DNA of 64,000 nucleotides from Hormiphora californensis (lineage: Eukaryota > Animalia > Ctenophora), in NCBI GenBank assembly GCA_020137815.1, contig CM035359.1, forward strand, positions 7,316,001 through 7,380,000, written 5' to 3'. Below the pieces are notes generated by a model. The model saw only the letters and a list, made by a program, of their open reading frames with translations, ran no database searches and was not told the origin of the DNA. Shown here piece by piece: positions 1 to 58,052 of this stretch (the first letter of the stretch is position 1; every line of letters begins with the position of its first letter). A program made the translations under genes and the position numbers.

Positions 1-75
1 TAGAGGTACTCTAGTATACTTTATAAGAACCACATCTCTCTTCTTCCCTAAATTACCACCTCAACACCCTCACAG

Positions 76-107
76 TTGGTGAGATGCCTCACTCCTTTAC
101 CATGTAG
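76..107 (+). CDS. Possible terminal coding exon of an upstream gene (..GEMPHSFTM*)
   Basis: Pyrimidine-rich tract ending cctcacag (75), then a short open frame to TAG at 105-107. No homology recognised. Confidence 0.25.
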
Positions 108-2871
108 ATCAGAGCACAAAGCACAAAGCCGCTGCTTGTTTTACTAGTAATCTGCAGAGTGCAGAGATTGTTGTTTGGCAAACAAGCATAGCTCATATAT
201 TTAATAGTCGAGAAATATTATTTATAATATTCTCGTCTCCAGAGGGAAACCCCGTCTGGAAAGCCATGGGTGTTCCGTGGTAGATAACATGTTGGTAAAT
301 ACTTCGCATATAATATATTTTAGGAAAGGACTGACGTGCCTATAATATGAAACTAGCCATCTGTGAAACACGAGTAATATGAGAAATTGATGCGAAGTTG
401 TATAGGTACATAGTTAAACAATAAGCCGGCATTGATCAGGGCTTCAAAATTACAGGTGAGATCAAAGAATCATTTTTTAAAACGTTCATTCTTCACCTAA
501 GAGATATTCCTTTGTCAAATTCCAGGTGTCCCAACTACTAAAAGTACAATTTGGAATGTTTACCATCAGGCGGATACTATCAGCTCATGCTTCATATTTG
601 GCTATTTTTAGGAGAGTTATTATTATCGGGGTAACAATGCTAGAGAGATATTAGATGTATAATAGAGACAGTGTTGTAAGACTGCAGTCCTGTGACCTGT
701 TCTCCCTGTAACAAGATGAACCCTAATATAGCTAGCTCACACTGGCAGAGGGTCGCAGTGATAGAAGCCCAGAGAAGAAAAATGAGCTGTAAAAGATGGG
801 TTGAAAATTAAATTTTCTTTCCTGTATTTTGCAAGACACGACCTTTTCTCTTCCCATTGGAATGAGTACGGCACCTACGACGGGGGGCCGGGGGGGGGGC
901 TACGACGAATGATTTTTGAAGGATTCGGTCATTAAATCCGTCATCTTTTCCTACAAAATTAGTCAAACTCAAATGTGTTTTAAACATAGCTGTTATTTAA
1001 AGGGGGGGGGGGGGACGGAATGACACGAGTAAAAGGAAGGTAGCGAGAAATGACAACACAGCTATACCACGGGAACGTGTAATTGTAGATGTGTCAAGAG
1101 AGATCTTGAGGCGAGTGACATGTTCATTAAACAGTTTATTAAACAGTTTAGCTATGAGACACTATGAAACGAAAACTTATCAGCTGTTCTTGGTCACCTA
1201 AACAGATAAAAGCTAATAAGTATTCGTTGTGACATTTCACACAACGAAGAACCAAACTGGGAACATTATTACACATCGTTCAATCTACTACTGCATATAA
1301 CCTGAACCTGTAAATGGTTCAACATTTCTAGTGGCATATATCACACGTTCAATTGTCAACTCCAGTTTTGAATTATTAAGGCACATGAGATAGCAAATTA
1401 AAACTAAACTACAGTGGGGACTCTAGAGTGCAGTGATAATTAATATGCTGCGTCGAGGAGCTGCATGCCCTACTACTTGGAATTACATGGTGAGCGGTTA
1501 CTTTAGAAATATGAGTGAAATGTATCACAGTGTTCAATTTAGACCCCCAATATCTAGCATCTACCGACTTAACTAGGTACCACTGTCACAGCTGAACTTC
1601 AAAACTATTTTATATCCCTGCATACACATTCTAGAAATATCGTGGAAAGCTATTACTACTCAGAACCGATGTGATCGAATTATTATGTAAATTTGGGTGA
1701 CAGAAGCTATCATCAGGAAAGAACTTTCATTCTCTATAACTCTCCTAACTCCGAATTCTTCATAATATCAATCCTAAGTCCTAACTCGACGTCACATTCT
1801 CCACAAGAGGCTTGCACACAATAACACGAAACTGAATAGTGTCTGGTGGAGAACCTAAAAGTTAGGTATCTCTCAAAATCGAAACAGTGATATGATGCCT
1901 AACAGAGAATAGTTTGCAGTGTTGGTGACACAGTACACACTGACAATTTGATGATATTAATATGAACAAGTTTCACCTTAGAGTGCTCACACCAAGGTCC
2001 GATAAATCTCACCACTACCCAGCCTGCGAGTAATTGTCAGATTCAACTCTATCTGCGAGTAATAAGAATTGTCAGATTCAACTCTATCTGAGAGTATTAT
2101 AGTCAGGGCATATGATGACAAAATGAGGGCATAATTGTTATCAAGCTGATTCCACTTCTAGTAGGCTCTAATAGGTCCCTAGAAACACCAAAAAAATTGG
2201 CCGTGGTTTTATCAATGAAGAAGTTGGGTTTTGGGCCACGCCCTTTTGCCTATGTTTTTAGCCTTCTGGCGAAAACCAAAAAGGAGTAGACTAGTAGAGA
2301 CAAATCTAAGGACACTAAAATGTGTAGCGTTAGTGTGGGTAGGTGTGGAAATTAAGTCTCTATCTCATCTGGTTAATTAGATAATTGGATGATTAGATGA
2401 GCAGGAGATGCGCATAACCGTTTTTGGCTATATGGCTATAGCCACTCTGGAGTGATTTAGAGACTTTTCACTGGTGCCATTTTGTTCAGAAGAAAGCGTT
2501 AATCTAAGAGTTGTGAAGAAATTTTGGGTCTATCTCTAACCGTTCTGTGGATATTTGCGGTCAAAGTATGCCAATTTACTCGCTTTTTGGCATTTTAGGC
2601 TAATTTTCGCTGGCCTGATTTTGGGCCGCCGTTACGATCTGGGTGTTTGGAGGCCTGTTTACAGGTGCGCGCTGCCAAAAAAGTTGATTCACTAAAATGG
2701 CTCTAACCGCCAAACCACTCAACCGTTTTGGCTGATTCAAAGCTTATATACAAATACAAATACAAATACAAATATTATATTATATACATTTATTGTCCGC
2801 TTTTCATTGTCCATATTTTAAAGAACAGGCAGGGAATGTCAAGGCCTAACCCCAAACCAAACCCCAACCCT

Positions 2872-2913
2872 AACCCTACTTTAGCCCTAACCGGTTAGGG
2901 CTAAAGTAGGGTT
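2872..2913. repeat. Perfect 42-bp loopless palindrome of telomere-like units
   Basis: aaccctactttagccctaacc|ggttagggctaaagtagggtt, flanked by degenerate ccctaa and ttaggg units. Confidence 0.9.
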
Positions 2914-3148
2914 TTTAGGGTTATAATCCTAAAAAACCGTTTGTCAGCACTCGCTCCCAAAACACCCAGATTTTAACGCTGGCCCTGATTTTGATCAGTT
3001 TTTATAATTCTGAAAACTGCCGAATACGCCGCGCTGTAGACTGTCGTACGCTGCAAAATGGGATCCGCGCAGTGTTTTATAAAGTCGCCGCGCGGATAAA
3101 TACAAAATAAAACCTTTTTTCGAAAATTTTGGGCGCCCGCGCCGTTAA

Positions 3149-4398
3149 AGTCGGATTTTTTGAAGGGAGAATGAGAGTATGAAGGTGTGTGGGTAATTTA
3201 TTATAATTTGTTCTTTTTGTTGTCTTGTTAAAACTTTTGTCTGATTTTTTGAAGTTGTCACCCCAAAATGACCGCGCATGTGAAATTTATCAATTTTGAC
3301 GCGCACATAACACCACACGTTAACATGTGACTAGAGTACCCGTTTGCTGGGAACGGGAACCCGTGACCTGATCAGCAATTGCAGAAAGTCGCGCGCCACC
3401 CTAATCTCAGGTTACTCTCACGGCCCGGCTTCATTTCGCATCCAATCCAAAAGTGACCTTCACCTTTAAGTAGATCTCCTCAAGTGCAACTGCAAGGAGA
3501 AGCGAAAACTTGAGGGACATTTCTTGATTGGATGCGACCTCGAGGAGCTATGACAATGCGCAAAAAGGGGTAACACGCGACTTTAACCACGTGGTGATCT
3601 AACCGCTCCTACTATCAAACACATTGGGTTTTTAAAAAACGGCCATTACAATTTTGGCGAGGCGGGTAAATCATTTACTGTAACGCGCGAATTTTCCCAA
3701 AAAGCGCTGCTTTTTTACGCCGCGCGCGGAACCTAAAATTACGCGCGCAGTGTAAAATTTTAAAATTCATTGAAAATTTCCTCGCGTTTTTTTATGTCGC
3801 CAAAAAATGTCGACGAAAAATTCCAAATTCGTGAATTATAAGAACTCCGGTTAGTTCTCATCTTGCCAATCCGTTTTCCGGGAACCCCTGGCCAAAGGAC
3901 ATTAAAATTCACATAACGACCAAGTTTCATATCGATTGGATAAGATTTTGGGTGGCTACGGTGAAAAATATCGTATTTTTGGCATTTTTAACTTTCCCGA
4001 CGCGATTTACGACCCTTAAACATTGAGTTACGGGAAATCGCTATTATGTAAAATGAAGTTCAAACGATTCTCTTTCCCCACTATTGCGTTAGTTTTTTGA
4101 TTTAGAGCCGTTTTCAGGGTCTTAGAAGCGTTTGAAAAATGTAAGTCTTTTTGTCGCAATGACGTCACCCCGTGACGTCACTGTTGTAAAGATCGGATCA
4201 AAAATCTGAGCCCGTACTTACACCCGCCTTGGTCCAAAGTACCAGTGTACAAATTTTCAGGGGTCTAGCTCAAAAACTGTAGGAGGAGTAGGGAGAAAAC
4301 AATTATCGGACTAACATTTTGGAAATTATTATATGGATGTGACGCGCAAAAACATTCCGCGCACGAAGAGGGGGGTGACAACTTCAAAAAATCCGACT
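3149..4398. mobile_element. Kolobok-like MITE (TTAA TSD, AG...CT termini) hosting a Helitron
   Basis: ttaa|agtcggattttttgaag ... cttcaaaaaatccgact|ttaa. Same TIR as the intact copy at 50305-50568. The left TIR is split by an ~80-bp insert and resumes near 3243. Confidence 0.7.
3331..4337 (-). mobile_element. Non-autonomous Helitron
   Basis: Minus strand starts A|TCCATATAATAAT and ends with hairpin cccgtt-cccagca-aacggg followed by tactCTAG|T. These are canonical TC...CTAG termini in an AT target with no TSD. Confidence 0.75.
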
Positions 4399-4724
4399 TT
4401 AATTTTTTACGATCTGGGTGTTTCGTTCAAAAGCGCTGCCTTATCCCGCGCTATCGGGGGCCAGCAGCGGCTCATGTAAATTTATCCGATACTTACACGG
4501 TATTTTAAAGAAAATCGATATCACTAACCTGTTGACCCAAAAATAGCTCGAACCGGACGCTTACGGGTAATCTGGTATCCCCAATTCCGTTTAGAAAATC
4601 AATGAATTTTTAGCATAGACACTAGACACTCATACCCCTGCAACAACAGAGGGAACTTTAGTATAGGCCATACCGTTACTCTTAAAATCTAGTTATTTAG
4701 CCCAAAAACCTCCAGCTAGGAGCC

Positions 4725-13941
<9,217 letters not shown>

Positions 13942-14182
13942 GTCAAAATGAAGACTGTAATATTTCGGAAACCGTCTAATCCTGGAAAATGATTTCTTTG
14001 ACCAAATAGACTAGAATAGAAGTTGTTTGAACAATTATATTGTTTATATATACCAGCAGTTGTTGCATCGATTATTGAGGCGGCTATTTTGAATTGTGTG
14101 TTTGTGCGCACACGCAACTAGCCGAGACCACCGCCTCACCTATGTAAAGTAGTGTTTCGGCAGTGTTAGTGCGCGGCTTTCA

Positions 14183-14192
14183 TCCCGCCAAA
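14183..14192 (-). promoter_or_regulatory. E2F-like site TTTGGCGGGA upstream of importin-alpha
   Basis: Consensus match in a CpG-rich patch of the 581-bp INCENP-importin spacer. Motif match only. Confidence 0.3.
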
Positions 14193-14522
14193 TTCTCCGA
14201 TGGAACGGAAGATCCACGTTCATCTCCGATCAAGAGATAAGAGCAGGATACGTGTTACCTTGCTCATTTGCATGTTCACTTGTTTTTCAGTAGCGATTGT
14301 TAGGCATGCTTCTACTTTTTAAAATCCTGCCATATTTTGTTTTTATTCCAATATTAATATACTAGTTTGGTTGAAATGTATAACGCTAAAACCTGCTGTG
14401 TTTCTCTTTCCCCTTCCCTGTTCACCAATCTAATAATTACCCAATCATATCTTGATTTTCTAACAATTCACTAACCCAGCCATCCCTGAAATAGCTCTCC
14501 CTCTCTCTCTCCAACTCAAACA

Positions 14523-43001
<28,479 letters not shown>

Positions 43002-44142
43002 AGACGGGAGAGGAGAGAGATTTTTAAACGTATTTGTTTATTTAATAAACCACATGTTCACCAAGACATTATTAGTACTAAGATAGGTCACTGGTTCTTG
43101 GATTGGGTGTCCTGTTTAGTGAGTTAGATAATCCAGGGATAGTCCACCAATTATAGGCATTTCTATTTTTCATTGTTATTTTTATGTTTTTTGATCTTTT
43201 TACCGGATAAAGAGCTAGTTTGTCAGCAGTATTCCTGGCTCATCTTTTTGGTTCAGCACAACAGGGGCGCTGCTGACAGCTGAAAGTAGTGGGTCCATCC
43301 TCGAGTTGATACGTCAAGTGATAGTTATGACATTTCTAAGAGCATATTGATATGTTTTGCAATGGTGTGTTGACTTTTACTGCAAACACTCCAAGTTGAA
43401 ATAGAGTTTATTATCTTGTCAGATGTAACGCGCGAAACTTAGCTTTTAGGGTCCCTCTCTATGACGCGCATAATATAAGTCACAAATGCAATCGCGCGCA
43501 TTTAAAAATCGATTTTTTTTATCAAAAAACTTTGATTTTGAAAGTCGATTTTTTTTAAATCATTTCGTTTTTGAGAGGGATGCCGCTTTAAGTGGTGCTC
43601 CGTTGCATTGGCCACACGCACATTGCATCCCATGCGTCGTTCCCATCGTCCAAAACTAACATTGTGTACTTTTTCCCGTTTTGGACGCTGTGAACCACGC
43701 TGGAAACGATGCATGGGGGCGCTGTGCACGTTGCCAATATGACGGAGCACCACTGTCGTTCATCGTTGAGAATTAATTTCTGAAAGGGAGAATCAAAACT
43801 TAAAATTTTGAAGAACTTTGCATTGACAGTTAAAGGGATGAGGCCAAAAGAAGCTCAGAAATTCAACTCAAGTCCCGACGTCCAAATAATAAATCTGGTG
43901 TCAAAATTTAGTGTAACAGTTTTAAAAATCCGTCTTAAGTTAGGAAACTAGCGTGATATGCACAAATTTAAAGCCGTGTAATTTCCCCTTCTAGCGGGGC
44001 TTCTTCACCTGCTGGCCGTTTGACTAAACTTGAACTTTCCTTAAAACTTATTGTCTTGTGCAATTGTGATGTGCATCGCACTGTTTTTCCAATCAATGCG
44101 TCCTAATTTAAATTACATGAGCTATACCTCCCCATCCTCTAG

Positions 44143-44499
44143 ATGAATTGTCCAGATACATTTGACCATTTCCTACTACACGGGGATGAGAAGAAGATCA
44201 CTGTTACACCTGATACAAAAGTTCCTAACGCTGCTTCATTTACCCTCAATAAGGAGGATCACACCCTGGGAAACTTGATCCGAGAGCAGCTGTTGCACGA
44301 ACCTCACGTTGTGTTTGCAGGGTATAAGGTACCACATCCCCTGGTAGCATGAGGTTGTTCATTAGGGTTCAGACAGACGGCGAGATCAGCCCTCAGGGTG
44401 CATTCTCTTCAGCCCTAACCTGACCTGATATCAGAAGTGTGTCTATTGGAGGAGAGATACAAAGCTGCGCTCAGGGACAAGAGAGATCTGAATAACTGA
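44143..44499 (+). CDS. POLR2J: RNA polymerase II subunit RPB11, intronless, with three apparent 1-nt insertions
   Basis: [51 protein letters not shown]. Removing single bases near 44345, 44359 and 44420 gives [38 protein letters not shown].. and 117 aa in total. Confidence 0.92.
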
Positions 44500-44655
44500 G
44501 AGAGAGAGAGTAGAAAGAGATCAGATGTTTTGTGAATTGTATCGTCAGGAGTGTTATATTGAATGGACGTATATATTTTATTATTTGTTTTACTATTTTG
44601 ATAACATCATTAACCTTCTCCCCCTCTTTAACCAACACACCTCCCCTTATTAGCC

Positions 44656-45129
44656 ATGGAATTTATCCAAACAGCAACCCAGCCGTCAGACGATGATGGT
44701 TTCGCACCCTGTGACATGACATGGCAGCACCGCATTTATGCTTTTGGGGCATGTTTTGTAATCGGTGCATTCTTCTCCATTTTTGGATCTATTGAGTTGT
44801 GGTTGGGTCAGTGGGCTGCATTTGCCTTCCTTTATACCCTGGGTACTGTAACCGCCCTGGCAGGAACTCTCTTCCTCCGTGGACCCAAGACGCAGATTAA
44901 CAAGATGTTTGACAAGGAGAGAATCTTCGCAACCATTGCACTCATCGCATCAATCATTATCACTATTCTGGTTGTGATAATTGTACCTATCGGGAAGGGT
45001 CCCCTCGCTATGTTGTGTTGTATTGCTCAGTTTCTTGCGTTCTGCTGGTACACACTAACGTATATACCCGGGGGTATAACGGTTGTTAAGTCGTGTTTTG
45101 GTGCTGTTGCGGGCAGGTGTCCTTGTTAA
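44656..45129 (+). CDS. SFT2D: Vesicle transport protein SFT2 (Got1/Sft2 family), intronless
   Basis: 157 aa, four hydrophobic helices. Motifs RIYAFGACF, FLYTLG, FLRGPKTQINKMF..ERIFAT, QFLAFCWYTLTYIP. Confidence 0.92.
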   Translation: MEFIQTATQPSDDDGFAPCDMTWQHRIYAFGACFVIGAFFSIFGSIELWLGQWAAFAFLYTLGTVTALAGTLFLRGPKTQINKMFDKERIFATIALIASIIITILVVIIVPIGKGPLAMLCCIAQFLAFCWYTLTYIPGGITVVKSCFGAVAGRCPC

Positions 45130-45564
45130 GATAAACACTAGTTGTTGTTAATGAATAATGTTAGATACTAGTTGTAGCTAGAGGGAGTTGTTACAAGGTT
45201 GGAACACTGCGGTATTATCTACCGGCCAAATTAAGTATGTTCTAACGTTAACTAAGTTTTTTGTTAGCAGCTTTGCGTTCTGTGCTTTTAAAGTGATTTT
45301 GTAATGGGAAAATATAATTTTGTATGTTTGTAAGCTCTTTATTTTTGTTACCAGTTAAAAAGTGTGAAACAGTGTTTTAATTTACTACACCTTACTCAAC
45401 GCTTTCTCTACTGTCTTCCACGCTTTTCTGTCCGTTGCTCAACCTTCTTTTTCTCCATCTCCCTCCCCGACCTTCAGTAATCAGTTATACCAAACCTTTT
45501 GTAACGTCTCACTTCCTCTTTCTTTGATCACTCCATATCTTTCTGTTATAGTAGCGTTTCGGCC

Positions 45565-48081
45565 ATGGCAGCTCAACTACGAACTACCCTGGGAAGGGTC
45601 CAAGGAGGCCTGGTAACTGTTCTACGTAGTCCTACAACACAGGTGAACTCTTTCGAAAAACATATTATTGTCTTTAGTAAATAGTTTGTGTTCGCTATGG
45701 TTTACTAGTTTGTTCAAGTCCCTGATTTAAACTAACCCTCTGTGTTTTTCTCAGGCCCTGAAATCTGAGGTAGTCCCAAAGTTGGGTGATATCCCCAGTG
45801 CGGTTGGAAGTGTCGTTAAAGCGTATGAGATCATCGCAACGAAGAGGTAAGTGCATGTTGTGCTGGTAAATTAATTAGTTGATTGTTTTTTCTGCTCGGA
45901 GGAAAAGTATACCTTGGCCTCGAGTTCAATGTGAATCACATGAAGCCATTAAATGTTAGTGAGATGTATTAGTGAATCAGTGGGATCCTCATTTTACGCT
46001 GTTCTTTTTAATCATGCTCGATTAAGTTCACACTTCACCACAAAGTTGTGCCCCAAATTGTTCTCAACTTCAATACATTTCTGCTATACATTCAGGCGCC
46101 CCTCGCCGCCATACTTCCGCTCCAAATAGAACTATGGGGGTCCCTATGCAGTAGTACCAGTGTAAAAGTGCCCTGAGGGGATGTGTAATTTGACAGTCGT
46201 GTATAAAGTGTAATCAGACACTAATTGAGTGCTGTGTGGTTACCGCCGACTATAATAGTACACAAGTGGTCGGAAATATGCAAGAATAATCAAATATTAT
46301 ATACCTTACTCTCGTTAATTAAGCTCGTATATTTCAAGAAACTTTTAAATAAAAAACTTTTTTCTGGGAAACTACAGGTGTAAGCAATCCAAAAACAAAA
46401 TGAATTTCTCCTTTATCAAGAAACTAAACAAGTTAGGGGTGTTCTATTTTGTTGTGGTGTCTCTGAATTGTGTGATTTACATTTGAAAAGTTTCTTTTAA
46501 AAAAGTTTCTTACTAAGGTAGTATGACATACTGCCTAAGGAACGTTTGAGGACACATTACGGACACATTGAGGACACATTGGTTGTGGACAGTTTGAGGA
46601 CAGGTTGAGGACACATTGTGGACAGGTTGTGGACAGGTTGAGGACACATTGAGGACAGTCTGAGGACACATTGTGGACACATTGAGGACAGTCTGAGGAC
46701 ACATTGAGGACACGTTGAGGACACATTGTGGACACATTGTGGACACGTTGAGGACACATTTGGGACAAATTTGGGGTATTAGATGTGGTAGTATGACATA
46801 CTGCCTACGGAACGTTTGAGGACACATTACGGACACATTGAGGACACATTGTGGACAGGTTGTGGACAGTTTGAGGACAGGTTGAGGACACATTGTGGAC
46901 AGGTTGTGGACAGGTTGAGGACAGGTTGAGGACACAACCTACCCTTACTAAAGCGTTTCTTAAAAACGAGAGTAAGGTATTTTGAATTAAGGAGTAATAA
47001 GGATATGATTATCAAATTATGTTAAAAAGCACTCATGTCTTTTAGGACCTAAAACTTAGGTTTTGATAAGAATTGATGAAAAAATTTTTGGATATTTTGA
47101 GCATGCCACGTTACCATAGCAACGGCCCCAAGTGCCATAGCAACGGCGATATAAACCGCTGATGGACCAATTTCCGAACAAAATATTGCTAAAACTTGAT
47201 CCATCGATTCTGCAAGAGCTGTATTTGGAAATATTTTTAAAAACGGGTTTTTGTTATCATAACTTTTGTTCTGACAGTCTTACTCGCAAGCTATGTCCGG
47301 TCACGCATCAATTATTCCATACCAATCCATTCAAAGCTGAGACTGCATTGTTATACGTTATTGCAGCTGTGTATGGACGTTTCTCCAATCTCTCTTTACT
47401 TCCTTTTCCCGGGTGTTTACTTATTGTTTTTTAATTGTAACCTAGTACATTTTACAATTTGTTATGTGTTTGTTACACATTGTGTCGCACTATAAAATTC
47501 TACAGACAGCAGCCCCTTTTAACAGGGCACAGCGGTGCACCAAGGTCCCTGTCACCACTTAGTGTTTGTGATTCCATCCCAAATTCCCATATTTCCCTCC
47601 AAATTAAAGGATGGTAGGAGGGTTATGTAGGGCGCGGGGTGTTCCTTACGCAAAAAGTACCATCCCTCAGCACATGGCGAGCGCTGGGCCAGGGAGTGGG
47701 GCGCGCAACGCCGCGCGACTCTCTTATTTTATTATTCTCTCACTCAGACTGACTCTCTCATTCCTTTCAATGTCACTTTTCTCTCTCTCTCCCTCACTCA
47801 CGCTTGCTCTCTCTCTCTCCCTCCCTCACGCTTTCTCTCCCTCCCTCAGCTAGAGCCGTCTAGGCGGTGCAAATGACACATTGCAGTATAATAATCAATA
47901 GTAGTGAAGCTTTCTGTCTGCTCTACCCAATTACACCCTCCTCCCTCGCAGATTCCTCGCTCTACCAGTTCGTCAAGTTGCTCGCAAGGCCGTCACTTCC
48001 CTCGAGGTGCTATGTTGGTTCTTTGTCGGGGAGATCATCGGACGGGGCTCTATAATTGGTTACAAAGTTAAGGGTGCTTAG
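45565..48081 (+). CDS. ATP5MG: Mitochondrial ATP synthase subunit g, 3 exons, 99 aa
   Basis: Exons 45565-45642, 45755-45846 and 47952-48081, in phase. C-terminal LEVLCWFFVGEIIGRGSIIGYKV is the family signature. Confidence 0.93.
46516..46945. repeat. 11-bp-unit satellite (tgaggacacat/tgtggacaggt) in two duplicated blocks, probably transposon-derived
   Basis: Both blocks start ggtagtatgacatactgcct..ggaacgtttgaggacacattacgg (~46517 and ~46787). Lies in ATP5MG intron 2. Confidence 0.85.
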
Positions 48082-48222
48082 TCCACCCTGCCTCATCACG
48101 GACATCTTTCTTTTTGCCTAGTTTTGCTAGTGTTGTAATACCCGGTGGGGTCTCTGTTTGAATGAGACGGAGAATCGAAACTATAGAGAAAAAGACACTT
48201 ACCCCTTGGAATCCTTTCTAGG

Positions 48223-48312
<90 letters not shown>

Positions 48313-48869
48313 CCTCTCGCACTACTCATTTATGGTCTGGTCTACACGTTATGCGAGAGACCACCCATAAAAAAATAGAGAGATTGAGAGAGAGAGGGAT
48401 AGTGAGACAGAGAAAAGTGAGGTACAGTCCAATTGAGCTAAGTCTAGACGACCCCCTTGCTGCCCTCTCCTCCATTTCTTTGTTGGCATTGTCTGTCTTG
48501 CCGTCTCTCCAGAGATCTCACCGGGTTACTACACCAGTAAGATCCAACACGATACGTTTTTGTTAATTTATTAAGAGAAAGCACTATTTTGTGCGCCCCT
48601 AAGTCTGAGTGAGTGAGTGAGAGAGAGAGGTGACCGTGCCCGTTTTCTCTTTGTATTGTGTTGACTGAGTAAGAAATCGTTTCAACATTTATAAAATATA
48701 TTCTTGTTTGCCCTTTTTCGAACATTTTCTCTACCCTCGCCTCTCGTCACTCGACTCGCTAACATTTTCTCAGCCCCCATTCGACTTGCTACCATTTTCT
48801 CTCCCCACTTTGCTATTAAATCCCTCTTTGTTTTGCAACAACCACCACTTTGATATATATAGTTGTGCA

Positions 48870-56014
<7,145 letters not shown>

Positions 56015-57289
56015 AGACAGTGCACGTGCTCATTTCAAATATAATACAACGCCATTCTTTGGTTTTCTCAAGTTACTGAGATTTATTCGTTGTATAAAAT
56101 GATATTTTTGAGATGTTTGAAATGGTCACGAGATAGTTTTAGCTAGTTTAGGGTTTCTCTTCTATGGAGGCAGTTTCTTTTCTTTGTCCGTGGCACCCTC
56201 TGTCTTTTGAGTTCAGGTCGGTGTGTGGTGATCGGACAACTTTTTCTTATGTTTGTTTTCTGGCCTGGTTTCTGTGCTGTTTTGTTTTTTGAAGAGCTGT
56301 TTATTCGGTGATATAATTCTATATATTCAGGATTAGAGAGAGAGGGAGAGAGACAGGACCGCGTGTGTACAGAAAGTCTTTCAAACTAAACCAGTCATGG
56401 CGTCAATCAAAACGGCGTGTCTTGCTAAATCTATTTCTGTTTGACTCCGACAAATAATATTAATATATATTCTTTTAACTTTTTGTAACAAAATCTTCAT
56501 TTGGCAAGACTCAGCTAGATCTGATCAGGGCGAGAAGGTGTACAGCTGGTGCAAAGTGGTCATGTGTTGTTGACCCCTTACTCAACAAGTCAAGTGTGTG
56601 TGTGTTTTTAAAGCGGGTGAGGGGAGTGTCATGGGGGAGAGAGTGTTATATAATAATGATATATCTCTATCTTTCTTCTATTTATCGTCTGTGTATCCTG
56701 TACAAATTGTATTTCACTTCTTCGTGTTACATAATATACATTGTTTCAATTGGTCTAAATCCCCCCCCCCCTGATACACTTGACCTCTATTGTACTTCAA
56801 ACCCTCCCTAGTAATTTGTTGAACTCGCCCTCAACCACCCCCCCCCCCCCCACACTTTACATTAAACCGCCCTCAATATTCCTAACGGCATGTACTAATG
56901 AACATAACAACGTGTAAGTTATCTTAAAGACAAAGTGAAGGGCAATATGTACAAACTATTTTTTGAGGGTGTACCGTTTAGATGACAAATCCGTCGTTAT
57001 CGTCATATATATCGGGAATAGTGTATTGAGTGGTGACGACTGACGGCACCCCGTGCAGTGGGCTCAGAAGATACATTGTAATATCCACTGTTGTGGGGTG
57101 ACGTGAGCATCGAACCCGCCTGTCAGGCCGGATACTGGATAATGGAATATGTTGTTGAGTAATATGCCCGTAATATGTCTATCACCCCTTACTCAACAAG
57201 ATATATAATGACAGTTCAATGCGTCTCATAAAGTATAAACATGCCCTTCTTTGGCTCACGGTCGATCAACCACTATCGTCCAATGATTG

Positions 57290-57745
57290 CTGACAGAGCA
57301 TTGGCCTGACAGAGCGTGCGAGAACTGTGGTCAGATCATTGGCCTGACAGGTCCCTTATACAACCTTGGTCCTTGGTTAATAGTTGGTGTGTCATCAGAT
57401 CAATTGATGACAGTGACATCCCAATATGTTAACAATATGTTAACGTACTGGCTCGAGGAAACATGCCTGACAATCGCAAAATAAGGGCTAATTAGCGGTG
57501 GAAGTGGCGCTACCGTGGCGCTATTATAGCGGTCAAATAGCATTAGCAGTGTACCCCGCAGTGTAAACTGTAAAGTTTATTTTTGCACATATTGTAGCAG
57601 CTGCTATCTATATAGGTCCGAACGACTACACCGCTATAATAGCGATAGCACTAATTAACGCTATTTAGTATGACTTTATGAGCCTCGGCACTCGATCGGT
57701 CTGTAGCGAGAACGGGTATTTACTGTCAAGCCAATGCTCTGACAG
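57290..57745. mobile_element. Probable TIR element remnant
   Basis: tgacagagcattggcctgacag is inverted relative to ctgtcaagccaatgctctgaca. Internal inverted pair cgctattatagcgg / ccgctataatagcg. No TSD identified. Confidence 0.4.
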
Positions 57746-58052
57746 GGTATATAGCAATAGACTTGATTAAAAATAAAAACTGTTTAAATAGTTTTGCACG
57801 AGGAACTTCTCAGAGAAGTCCTCTCCTTCCGGCTGGACACGATGAATAGAGGGGGTTGTGCAACTCACTATTGTGCATTACACATCGAACCAACCAACCG
57901 TCCCCACTATAAAGCTCCCTCCCTCTTTGTTTGCCCTTACCATCGCATATAGCTCTTAGCAAAATCCATATTTCTCTCTCTCGTCCCTGACCTTAATTCG
58001 TAATAGCCAGATCTACTAAAACTCTACACATATTGTTTTCTAGGATGATGTC

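Noticed and set aside
2160-2790. Second Helitron-like element
   Set aside because: Composition resembles such repeats, but TC/CTAG termini could not be established.
44350-44352. TGA readthrough or selenocysteine in RPB11
   Set aside because: Homology continues in shifted frames, not the same frame, so readthrough cannot restore the protein.
46513-47015. Cys-rich ORFs (CPQCVLNVS repeats), metallothionein-like
   Set aside because: Open in several frames of an 11-bp satellite inside an ATP5MG intron.
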